From a virus (Duplodnaviria; Caudoviricetes), in IMG/VR virus record IMGVR_UViG_3300037189_030782: a DNA stretch of 64,000 bases. One strand, written 5' to 3'. Positions 55,186 to 62,958 of the stretch are shown piece by piece. Both the position numbers and the translations under genes were made by a program. The notes beneath the pieces were generated by a model. It ran no database searches, was not told the DNA's origin, and saw nothing but the letters and a program-made list of their open reading frames with translations. Within the stretch, counting starts at the first letter, position 1. Every line of letters starts with the position of its first letter.

Positions 55186-55851
55186 TTATTCTTCTTTCTT
55201 CCAAGATACAGGTTTTGAACTTTTTTTCCTCCTTTTACCAGTGGCATTGCAGGCCGAAAAAGTTGGCCTACAAGCAGGATACTTTCTTTCTGCTCCTTTT
55301 CCTGCTTTACTTCTACCACATGGAACCTTTTTAGTCTTAGTGCTAGCCTTGCAATCGATCCATCCTTTGCCTTTATTTCTAGAAAACCAACCATGAAGGC
55401 CTTTTTCTTTTTCAAGATCAAATGTTCCTTCCCGAAAATCTTTTTTGTCCACACTGCCACTTGCGACAGCCTTTATCCTTCCAGCAAATGTGCTGGGTTT
55501 CACGCCTTCTGGTGGATATTTTCTCATGGCAGCTAAAGCATTGATGATCTCTGGGCCTGACATATTGGCTACGTCCATGTCTTGATACATTAAAGCATTA
55601 AGGGCACTTGCTGCATCGTCGTATTGCTGCTTATTTGCTAGAACTTCGTCTATTTGCACACCCTCTTCTTGCATGTGTTTTTTCTTTTTATGTTTTTTCT
55701 TTTTGGAGTTACCATAATTTTTGGCACCTTTTTTCCTACATTGGACAACCCGTCCGCTAGCATAGGCAGAGGGCCACACAGATGCTGTAGCTTTTACTTT
55801 ATAATAACAAGCATCTTTTTCTTCGTTCATTAACCATTCACTAAAATTCAT
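55186..55851 (-). CDS. Basic Cys-containing hypothetical protein
   Basis: GGAGG SD; MNFSEWLMNEE start; KDACYYKVK...PSAYASG and GLHGWF...PCGR blocks. Confidence 0.75.
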   Translation of the reverse strand: MNFSEWLMNEEKDACYYKVKATASVWPSAYASGRVVQCRKKGAKNYGNSKKKKHKKKKHMQEEGVQIDEVLANKQQYDDAASALNALMYQDMDVANMSGPEIINALAAMRKYPPEGVKPSTFAGRIKAVASGSVDKKDFREGTFDLEKEKGLHGWFSRNKGKGWIDCKASTKTKKVPCGRSKAGKGAERKYPACRPTFSACNATGKRRKKSSKPVSWKKEE

Positions 55852-55891
55852 ATATTCCTCCCAAACTTTAATTATATATTAACGATACTAA

Positions 55892-56491
55892 TTATTTGTC
55901 GTGCTCTAGCTCTGTTAGCCAGTAAGCTTCTCCTATAAATTGGCTCCAAGACCTGACCCTCTGATCCCCAATAAAAAAATTACATTTAGGCTTAACAGGC
56001 TTTTTAAGAAGTTTCATTCCAGCTTGTTGTGGGGTTCTTCCAGCCTTTTTTAGGTTGCATTTTACACAAGCTACTACAACATTTTCCCAATTTGTTAACC
56101 CGCCTTGGCACCTTGGGAGAACATGATCTAATGATAAATCTTCTTTAGACATACAGTATTGGCACTGGTTTTCGTCCCTCAAAAATATCGTTCTTCTATT
56201 ATAATGAATTTCTTTTTGTGGAACTTTATCATAACGAGTAAACTGAATTACTTCTGGTATCCTTAGTATAGAATTTACGGTTCTTATGCCCTCTTCGTCA
56301 TGAGAAGGTTGCATTTTTGTCCAATCAGACCAATCGAAAGACTTAAAATCATTTAAACAATCAACGATTTTTGCTTTTGGAAATCCATCTTTGTAAGGAG
56401 ATGTTAGTTTTATTATTGCATTTTCTAAAGTAGTTGTGCCTATTGCAAGCCAAGATTTATTTAATACTAAAACTCTCCTGTTTTGTATCAT
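55892..56491 (-). CDS. HNH endonuclease (McrA-like)
   Basis: RVLVLN, CQYC, LDHVLPRCQGG, NWENVVVACVKCNLKK; ATG 56491 overlaps upstream TGA. Confidence 0.92.
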   Translation of the reverse strand: MIQNRRVLVLNKSWLAIGTTTLENAIIKLTSPYKDGFPKAKIVDCLNDFKSFDWSDWTKMQPSHDEEGIRTVNSILRIPEVIQFTRYDKVPQKEIHYNRRTIFLRDENQCQYCMSKEDLSLDHVLPRCQGGLTNWENVVVACVKCNLKKAGRTPQQAGMKLLKKPVKPKCNFFIGDQRVRSWSQFIGEAYWLTELEHDK

Positions 56492-56850
56492 CCTGCTCCT
56501 TGGAGATCCTGCGTCTTTATCAGAAGCTCCCCTACTACCTCTATTCTCCCCAATAACTTTTGAAACTCTATCTGATTTACTTTTTCTATCGAGTTCATTT
56601 TTGAGTGTAGACGTGTACATAATTCTTGATATTCCTTTTTCATTTCTACTCTATCAAATTTACCTTCTTTTGCCTTTTCATAATATGGCAATTTTACAGA
56701 AAAATGATCTCTAGTTAAAAGGGCTGGGCCACCTTTTTTGTCAGCCATATTTACTATCTTTTCTGCTCCTTGATATCTCTTGCCTGCAAATGTTACGAAA
56801 TCAGATTCTATGGATTCATTTATTCCAGATAATTTAAGCCATTCATTCAT
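56488..56850 (-). CDS. Hypothetical protein
   Basis: AAGGA SD; MNEWLKLSGINES start. Confidence 0.75.
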   Translation of the reverse strand: MNEWLKLSGINESIESDFVTFAGKRYQGAEKIVNMADKKGGPALLTRDHFSVKLPYYEKAKEGKFDRVEMKKEYQELCTRLHSKMNSIEKVNQIEFQKLLGRIEVVGELLIKTQDLQGAG

Positions 56851-56897
56851 AATTTTCCTTTCTTTTAATTATATATACATTAAAGTGAGTCAAAACA

Positions 56898-57332
56898 ATG
56901 TTAAACTTTAAAAACTGGTTATTAAATGAAGGAAGCAATCCTGGATCTAAAACTGGTCTATATCCTCTTAGTTATGGGGGTATAGGTCTGTACCCACCTC
57001 AGTGGTACACCACAAGAAGTGCAGACGCAATCTTTTACTTATCAATTGACGACCGAATCTACAAAGGAAAAGATGGTGGTCAATTTGACATTACACACAT
57101 TCCTGGTGAAAGCAACGAAAAGATGAACAGTGGAGATGGTGGACTATGGGATATAACACACATAAAAGGAAAACCAAGCCACCTAAAAAAGAACAGCAAT
57201 TTTGCAGCAAATAATGGAGAAGGAGCACCATGGAAAATTACACACATCCCCGGCAAACCAACTTATACAAAGCATAAAGATTTTGTGCCGGATGAAGGTG
57301 AAGGCGGCATTTGGAATATAAAGAATGTATAG
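56898..57332 (+). CDS. Hypothetical protein with four GxGGxWxITHIxG-type repeats
   Basis: DGGQFDITHIPG, DGGLWDITHIKG, EGAPWKITHIPG, EGGIWNIKNV. Confidence 0.8.
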   Translation: MLNFKNWLLNEGSNPGSKTGLYPLSYGGIGLYPPQWYTTRSADAIFYLSIDDRIYKGKDGGQFDITHIPGESNEKMNSGDGGLWDITHIKGKPSHLKKNSNFAANNGEGAPWKITHIPGKPTYTKHKDFVPDEGEGGIWNIKNV

Positions 57333-57341
57333 GAAAAATAA

Positions 57342-57626
57342 ATGAAAAAAATCTACCCAATATTGTGCTTATTAAGTTTACTACTAAACATATATTTTTT
57401 ATATGAATTTGGAGAAAATAGAACCAGTCATAATATGAATTATAAAAAAGCTAATATTGAATTAATTAAAAATAATAGAGAGGTTAATAGAAAAGATGCT
57501 ATAAGTGATGATACCACATTATTCGTATTAAACTTTTCATCTCATATTAGCGAATGTGAAAAGTTTTTATGGACATTCAGCGAAAATAAAGACGAAATAA
57601 AATATACAATATGGTTTGCCAAGTAA
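57342..57626 (+). CDS. Membrane-anchored hypothetical protein
   Basis: N-terminal hydrophobic helix ILCLLSLLLNIYFLY. Confidence 0.65.
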   Translation: MKKIYPILCLLSLLLNIYFLYEFGENRTSHNMNYKKANIELIKNNREVNRKDAISDDTTLFVLNFSSHISECEKFLWTFSENKDEIKYTIWFAK

Positions 57627-57630
57627 ACTC

Positions 57631-58038
57631 TTAAACCATTCTTCCATTTTCCAAAACCGATTCCGCATACTCTTTTGGAACTAAAATATAATATTCTTTA
57701 TTATGAGGACAAGAAATTAAAATCTGATTTTGTGATTGCTTTTTTTTAGCTTGCTCTACACCCATAACTTGTTCACATCCCTTTTCTTTTAGTAAATCTT
57801 GCCAAACCCACTCATAGCCATCTTCTGCTTTTTCACAAAACAAACTTAAAAGCCATCCTTCGAACAAGTCCATATATCTTTCATCGAAAATACTATAAAG
57901 TAACTTAGGCTTACATCCATCACAGGCTTTAACGTCAACATTCTTGGGGTCTTTATACCAGCTAGATACTAGTCCACTGCCGCATCCACATTGCCGAATT
58001 AACTTGTAGTATCTACCCATTGGCCCAAGATCAGACAT
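57631..58038 (-). CDS. Hypothetical zinc-binding protein (SEC-C-like CGCGSG)
   Basis: CGCGSG and CDGC. Confidence 0.65.
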   Translation of the reverse strand: MSDLGPMGRYYKLIRQCGCGSGLVSSWYKDPKNVDVKACDGCKPKLLYSIFDERYMDLFEGWLLSLFCEKAEDGYEWVWQDLLKEKGCEQVMGVEQAKKKQSQNQILISCPHNKEYYILVPKEYAESVLENGRMV

Positions 58039-59120
58039 TAATTATTCTTTCTAAACATCTTGCCAACCAAGGCTCTCTTTAGTGGCTTATGGATTTTTCT
58101 ACAGATTTTGCTTAAAACCTTGCATTCTTCTTTTTTAGTAGGTTCCTTTTCTTTAACCATTGCACCTTCATACAGAACACTTTTAGGCAAGGATGGTTTT
58201 GTTTCCTCAATATTGTTCTGTGGTTTAACAGAACCAAACATAGCTGCATATGGGCACTTCTTGATGGCCTCTTGTTGTGCTGCATCTTGGCCTTCAACAA
58301 TTTTTCTTATAGATTCATCTGCATCATTAAACATTGAATTTCGCCCTATACCTAAAGCTTTAGACCGTTCCTTGAAGAAAGTAGTAGAATCTTTCATGTA
58401 AGAACCATCTGGCGTTAGTAGTTGTTTGCCACCGCTTTCAAACTTCTTCTTATTATAATCTATCCAATAGGTAAAAACCTCATCGGCTTCCTTTGAATCT
58501 CTATTAATCATCTCTGGGCAGATCGTCCAGTTATCTTCTATTAAAGCTCGATCTACTAGTGTTAAATGTGCCAGAGGAACATCTTTTTTAACAACAACTT
58601 TTTTGTTTTCTGCGTCAACAATAATGTTAACCCAAATATCATATTGCATCCAATCTGTTTCCAAAAGACCTTCCATAACATGAAAATCACGTCTTGGAAA
58701 ATTAATTGGTTCTCTTATGTGTAAACAAATATTTTTTGGAGTCTGGAATATTAATCCTGTCCATATTTGTATTACGTTGGGTTCTACGGTTCCCCATGTA
58801 AACTTAGTCCTACCATCGGCACACCAAAAAAGCTTATCTGTTTCGTGTCTGAGATTTTCTTTTCCGGGTTGACTCATTAAGTCAACAACTCTTTTGCCGT
58901 CTTCACCGCTGTAATCTTCTAAGACTTTGTATTCAATCTTACCGTTAGAATAAGTAAATTCAAAACTGACGGGAGGGTAAAGCCAAAACCCCAACTTATT
59001 TACAGAGGAATACGGGCCACACCATTTAACACCGTCTTTGTTGGCGAGGCCAAGGCAAGTTTTCTCTGCTTTTTCTATTCTTGCACAATTTGAGTGCATC
59101 TGCCAGACTTTAAGTTCCAT
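58038..59120 (-). CDS. DUF6065-like protein with acidic/basic tail
   Basis: GFWLYPP, WTGLIFQTP, EPINFP, GLLETDW resemble the DUF6065 pattern as I recall it. Confidence 0.55.
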   Translation of the reverse strand: MELKVWQMHSNCARIEKAEKTCLGLANKDGVKWCGPYSSVNKLGFWLYPPVSFEFTYSNGKIEYKVLEDYSGEDGKRVVDLMSQPGKENLRHETDKLFWCADGRTKFTWGTVEPNVIQIWTGLIFQTPKNICLHIREPINFPRRDFHVMEGLLETDWMQYDIWVNIIVDAENKKVVVKKDVPLAHLTLVDRALIEDNWTICPEMINRDSKEADEVFTYWIDYNKKKFESGGKQLLTPDGSYMKDSTTFFKERSKALGIGRNSMFNDADESIRKIVEGQDAAQQEAIKKCPYAAMFGSVKPQNNIEETKPSLPKSVLYEGAMVKEKEPTKKEECKVLSKICRKIHKPLKRALVGKMFRKNN

Positions 59121-59131
59121 TTTATTTGCTC

Positions 59132-60259
59132 CTAAAATCCTATTTTTTTCTTATCAATTTCTTTCTTATAATTGTCTTCTGCATTATAAATATCTGCAAG
59201 CGTTAAGGGAATATCAGTTTTTCTATCCGAATTTATTTTTTCAAATATTTTATTACAATTATCTGCTGGCAGTTCCTTGAATTCGTGTTCTAGCATTAAA
59301 CGACCTTTTCTAAGCAAAGCAGAATCTATTTTATCTCTAGATGTATTAAAGGTTGCTATAACGAATATATTAAGACAATCGCCCAACAAACCATCTGTGA
59401 TATTTAATATGTTTGAAATTGCTGAATTTTCTTGTTCTTCTCTGCTTTTTAAAACTTTCTCTGCGTCTTCCAAAAGAAATATAGAATCTTTATAGTCTGT
59501 CATAAAGCTTAGAAAAGAAGGGCTGGTTATTTCTTCAGTGAATGCAGAAGGAAGATAAATAATCTTTCTGTCTACCTTAGAAGAAAGATATTTAATAAAT
59601 GTGCTTTTTCCTGTTCCAGGCTTTCCAGAAAATAAAATCAAACCAGATTTCTTTTTTTCTAATATGTCTATTATTTTTGCTTCCTTGCCTGCAAGCTCCT
59701 CGCCATAATTAAGTTCTATGTCTAAATCATCTTCAGTTGGCAAGACAATATCAAACCTTTGGACATCTAGCACACCTTCCACCTTACACATAAGGTGAAT
59801 GCTTTTAGTGTTTTTTTCTTTTACGTAATCAAATAGAGACTTTATTTTAAAAAGAGTTTCTTCTTGTGAATAAAAAACTCTGCAATAGTTGCCATCATCA
59901 GGACAATCCTGATATGTTTCCCCATAAGCACGAGAAAAACTAGACAGTCTTGGTTGCTTTAAAACACAAATTACTGCATCCTCAAACTCAAAAGCTACCT
60001 CTGAATCGTTTGCTTCTGTTCCAAAGGAAAGCTCACCCTTATCAAGTTTATCAGAAGTGTATTTAAATATTTGTTTTGCACCAATGCCTATAAGTTTATC
60101 AAGGATAGAAGTACTTATTAAAGATGTATTTGAATAATAATTAGGTTGTTGAGAGAATTTATATAAATAATAATAGAAGTAATTAAAATAAGTTGTATGA
60201 TCAGCAGTTTTGGCAGCGTAGGGTCTAAACGACGAATCTACTCTAGGAGAAAAATCCAT
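59132..60259 (-). CDS. AAA+ ATPase (BCS1-like)
   Basis: FSGKPGTGKST, LLEDAE, LNITDGLLGD, IDSALLRKGRL, KKKIGF tail. Confidence 0.9.
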   Translation of the reverse strand: MDFSPRVDSSFRPYAAKTADHTTYFNYFYYYLYKFSQQPNYYSNTSLISTSILDKLIGIGAKQIFKYTSDKLDKGELSFGTEANDSEVAFEFEDAVICVLKQPRLSSFSRAYGETYQDCPDDGNYCRVFYSQEETLFKIKSLFDYVKEKNTKSIHLMCKVEGVLDVQRFDIVLPTEDDLDIELNYGEELAGKEAKIIDILEKKKSGLILFSGKPGTGKSTFIKYLSSKVDRKIIYLPSAFTEEITSPSFLSFMTDYKDSIFLLEDAEKVLKSREEQENSAISNILNITDGLLGDCLNIFVIATFNTSRDKIDSALLRKGRLMLEHEFKELPADNCNKIFEKINSDRKTDIPLTLADIYNAEDNYKKEIDKKKIGF

Positions 60260-60472
60260 ATGGAGCCTTTAAGTAAAAAATTTCTTATCGAAAGAGGAGT
60301 TTGTTGTGGATGCAAATGCACAAACTGCCCCTATTGGCCTAAACATAAAAAAGGCCAGACTCTTCTATACGAAAAGAGTCTGGCCTTTTTAAATCAAGAA
60401 AATTGTTTTTCAGCTTCTATCCAAAAAGAAGATCCATCACAGTCGGGACGACCTGCTTCTTCCCAAAGATAA
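60260..60472 (+). CDS. Small Cys-rich protein (DUF5522-like)
   Basis: AGGAG SD; FLIERGVCCGCKCTNCPY motif. Confidence 0.55.
   Translation: MEPLSKKFLIERGVCCGCKCTNCPYWPKHKKGQTLLYEKSLAFLNQENCFSASIQKEDPSQSGRPASSQR
60348..60390. terminator. Bidirectional terminator
   Basis: Perfect 17-bp stem AAAAAGGCCAGACTCTT / AAGAGTCTGGCCTTTTT. Confidence 0.85.
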
Positions 60473-60654
60473 TAAGCAAGTTCTCTAATTTTTTCTTCTT
60501 GGTTCTTTTCACAAATATTTTCTTCAATATTTCTAATTCCACCACAAGATGTTGGCATTTCTAAAGAAACAGTCTGATTATTCATTGTTGAACTTTCCTT
60601 GTTGTTATTAAAAGACCATTGGAAGGGATTCAGTTTACCAAAAAAACTTTCCAT
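60394..60654 (-). CDS. DUF2934 domain protein
   Basis: KIRELAYYLWEEAGRPDCDGSSFWIEAEKQ. Confidence 0.85.
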   Translation of the reverse strand: MESFFGKLNPFQWSFNNNKESSTMNNQTVSLEMPTSCGGIRNIEENICEKNQEEKIRELAYYLWEEAGRPDCDGSSFWIEAEKQFS

Positions 60655-60660
60655 TGTCAA

Positions 60661-60870
60661 CTAAAGCCTCGCAATTCTAGAGAATAAAAAAACAAAAATT
60701 TCAAAACCAACCATCTGCCAATAAGATAGGCTGGGTAGGTTGAATACGGGGACTAAAAGTTTTTTCCATAAGTAAGAATTAGGAAAAGCTAAAACTAAAA
60801 CAACAATCAAAACAGACAAAAGATTTGTAGAAACTTTAACGACTTCATCTGGTTGTGTTTTTTGGTTCAT
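60661..60870 (-). CDS. Small membrane protein
   Basis: Hydrophobic helices; LVPVFNLPSLSYWQ. Confidence 0.65.
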   Translation of the reverse strand: MNQKTQPDEVVKVSTNLLSVLIVVLVLAFPNSYLWKKLLVPVFNLPSLSYWQMVGFEIFVFLFSRIARL

Positions 60871-61132
60871 TTCCAAAAAATTTATTGGCGGCATTTTTTG
60901 CTATTTCCAACAGTGATTGTTTTAACAAAAAGTTGCATTGAGAACAAATGGAATTTGTCTCGACCAGAGGCTTCTCAGGAAAGGCCTCTGTCGGGATTCC
61001 ACAATGGACACAATAAACATAAAAAGAATTACCAGCGTGTAAGCCCTTTGAATCAAAATTTTTTATAGAGTTTCCATAGGCAACTCTACGAATGTATTGA
61101 TCCAGCAATTCTTTTGATGAGTCGCAGTTCAT
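60845..61132 (-). CDS. Hypothetical zinc-finger protein
   Basis: CVHCG and CSQC pairs. Confidence 0.65.
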   Translation of the reverse strand: MNCDSSKELLDQYIRRVAYGNSIKNFDSKGLHAGNSFYVYCVHCGIPTEAFPEKPLVETNSICSQCNFLLKQSLLEIAKNAANKFFGNEPKNTTR

Positions 61133-61167
61133 GGTCTCGCTTAACTCTATTCGCCCTATTTTTTATT

Positions 61168-61380
61168 TAGGCTATTTGTTAAGTCCCCAATCACGGTATC
61201 TACTTACCGAAGCCAAGAAACCATCCATTATTTCTGAACCCTTTCGGTAGCCAGAATATAAAAGAAGATTCACCCTCATACACAAATGGCAGGTACATTC
61301 GCAAAAGGGTCCGCTTGACTCAAACGGGGTTTTGGAAACACTACAACTTATTCTAAAGTTCTCAGAGTAATGCCAGCCCA
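61168..61380 (-). ncRNA. Candidate structured non-coding RNA (~210 nt)
   Basis: TATAAT just upstream; nested long-range stems plus four internal stems; only a weak TTG ORF competes. Confidence 0.4.
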
Positions 61381-61440
61381 AGATATTATAATTAACCCGC
61401 TAAAGTCTTTTGCTCAAGGCCAAGACATAATTATCTCCTG

Positions 61441-61692
61441 TTATTTTTGTTCAGAATAAACCGCAGGTTCAATTAAGTCAATATCTAAACCAGAATTTTT
61501 GAATCTCTCAAGATGTCTTTGCTGTCTAGCTAGTTTTTTCCAGTTTTCTTCTTTTGGAAATCCACATGATAATTCCAGTTCTCCATTCATACGTTTGCGA
61601 AAAACTTCTCTAGCTTCTTGTACGGTATCTGCTGCTGCTCCAAAACTACCGAATCCGTATTCAAAAACAAAAAAGTATCTCGACGCTTGCAT
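61441..61692 (-). CDS. Hypothetical protein (83 aa)
   Basis: GGAGG SD before ATG 61692 (MQASRYFF). Confidence 0.7.
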   Translation of the reverse strand: MQASRYFFVFEYGFGSFGAAADTVQEAREVFRKRMNGELELSCGFPKEENWKKLARQQRHLERFKNSGLDIDLIEPAVYSEQK

Positions 61693-61710
61693 GTTTGTGC
61701 CTCCAAAATA

Positions 61711-61739
61711 ATTGTACCACAACAAAACAGTTTGTAAAG
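61711..61739 (-). promoter_or_regulatory. Promoter TTTACA-N16-TACAAT with extended -10
   Basis: Minus strand CTTTACAAACTGTTTTGTTGTGGTACAAT. Confidence 0.65.
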
Positions 61740-61753
61740 TGTAGTTGATTTTT

Positions 61754-62062
61754 TTACAAAGTAACAGTGTTTTTTTTGTAATTTTCGTTAAGCTTTTGAT
61801 ATTCTTCTGCCGATAAATCTGTTTCACTTAAATGACACCTTAACCAGTCAGTAGCTTTTGCTTCATAAGCTTTCATACTCCAAATCATAAACCCTGCAAT
61901 AGTTCTGGGTAGCCAATACTTTGTACTCGGGGACAACATTTCTTTTGCTATCTCAATTTGTTCTTCTTGTGTTCTAGCGTTTTGACGAAAACATAAAACT
62001 AGCCAGGCATCAAACCAACAATTTTCGCACAACTGTTTTTTTAAATTTTCTAGTTCAAACAT
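61754..62062 (-). CDS. Hypothetical protein (102 aa)
   Basis: ATG ORF with protein-like composition. Confidence 0.65.
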   Translation of the reverse strand: MFELENLKKQLCENCWFDAWLVLCFRQNARTQEEQIEIAKEMLSPSTKYWLPRTIAGFMIWSMKAYEAKATDWLRCHLSETDLSAEEYQKLNENYKKNTVTL

Positions 62063-62151
62063 TTTTATGGTTCACTCGGTGGTGATGTTAAATCTTTGCT
62101 TTTGGTTCACTCGGTACTTCTGTTGATATCTTGTTAGCGTCATATGGTTTT

Positions 62152-62188
62152 ATAAACCGGGAGAGTTGGTTGTCCTCTCCCGGTTTAT
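62152..62188. terminator. Terminator hairpin
   Basis: ATAAACCGGGAGAG-N9-CTCTCCCGGTTTAT, 14-bp stem. Confidence 0.8.
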
Positions 62189-62200
62189 CATCTTTTTATC

Positions 62201-62407
62201 TTACTCTTTTAAGACAATTCTTTCTCCATTGGAACCGCCTAATGCAGCACCTCCTTTCAAGAAAGACAAAGTCATATTTATTTCCCAATCAGCAGAGCCT
62301 TGCCTTTTCATAGAAGCAATTAGCTCTTCTTTGGTTACCTCTACAATCTTAGGGTTCTTATTCCTAAGATCGTTGAGTCCTTGTAAAACAGCAGCACTAA
62401 AAAACAT
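62201..62407 (-). CDS. Small hypothetical protein (68 aa)
   Basis: Between the structured leader and a terminator. Confidence 0.65.
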   Translation of the reverse strand: MFFSAAVLQGLNDLRNKNPKIVEVTKEELIASMKRQGSADWEINMTLSFLKGGAALGGSNGERIVLKE

Positions 62408-62440
62408 GGTTACTCTCTCTCTGTTAAAGGGAGATCAAGA

Positions 62441-62546
62441 AGGCGGATAATCCGCTTTTTCACAGGAAACACTCCTGTGCGTATCCCAGCAAAGATAGCT
62501 GGTGGCACCGTGGCTTTTGCTCGGTTGCCAGTGCCTTTCGGCACCT
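62441..62546 (-). ncRNA. Candidate structured leader / sRNA of five consecutive hairpins
   Basis: GTGCC-GAAA-GGCAC, TGGCA..TGCCA, CCAGC..GCTGG, CACAGGA..TCCTGTG, GCGGA..TCCGC directly after a promoter. Confidence 0.5.
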
Positions 62547-62569
62547 TCTTAATACTTCCTACAAAAATT

Positions 62570-62598
62570 AGTATAGCACTAGGTTTTGACTTGTAAAG
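62570..62598 (-). promoter_or_regulatory. Promoter TTTACA-N16-TATACT with extended -10
   Basis: Minus strand CTTTACAAGTCAAAACCTAGTGCTATACT. Confidence 0.65.
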
Positions 62599-62632
62599 AG
62601 ACCTAAAAAGATTTTGCTAATTTCAAATTTTG

Positions 62633-62878
62633 CTATCTGGGTACTAATCCTGCGTCTATGCCATTTAACCCGACTTGTAGCCACAAAAGCCTATCATACT
62701 CGTCCCAGACTATATTAAGAAGCATATCATTGGTATAAAGTGGATGAGACCATAAATCCTCTAGTATTTTAAACTCAAGAAGCTCTTCATCTTGACAGTA
62801 ATAGTCTAGATTAAAATATTTATACTGTAACTCTTTTGCGATCTTTCTTGCGCGACCAAATTTAAGCCAAACGTTCAT
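62633..62878 (-). CDS. Hypothetical protein (81 aa)
   Basis: ATG ORF between hairpin and promoter. Confidence 0.6.
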   Translation of the reverse strand: MNVWLKFGRARKIAKELQYKYFNLDYYCQDEELLEFKILEDLWSHPLYTNDMLLNIVWDEYDRLLWLQVGLNGIDAGLVPR

Positions 62879-62896
62879 TTTTATACACCAAAGACC

Positions 62897-62943
62897 AAGA
62901 ATCGGCCACCAAACTTATTTATTTTATTTGGTGGCCGATTCTT
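62897..62943 (-). terminator. Terminator hairpin
   Basis: 17-bp perfect stem AAGAATCGGCCACCAAA / TTTGGTGGCCGATTCTT after the 62959 gene. Confidence 0.75.
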
Positions 62944-62958
62944 TTTGGTCTAAAAGTA

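Noticed and set aside
55892-56491. HNH as an intron or intein homing element
   Set aside because: It is a free-standing McrA-type gene translationally coupled to its neighbour, with no interrupted host gene around it.
61414-61428. SD-led micro-ORF MSWP as a regulatory leader peptide
   Set aside because: The AGGAG overlaps the upstream stop region and a four-codon ORF is expected by chance; no supporting attenuator structure.
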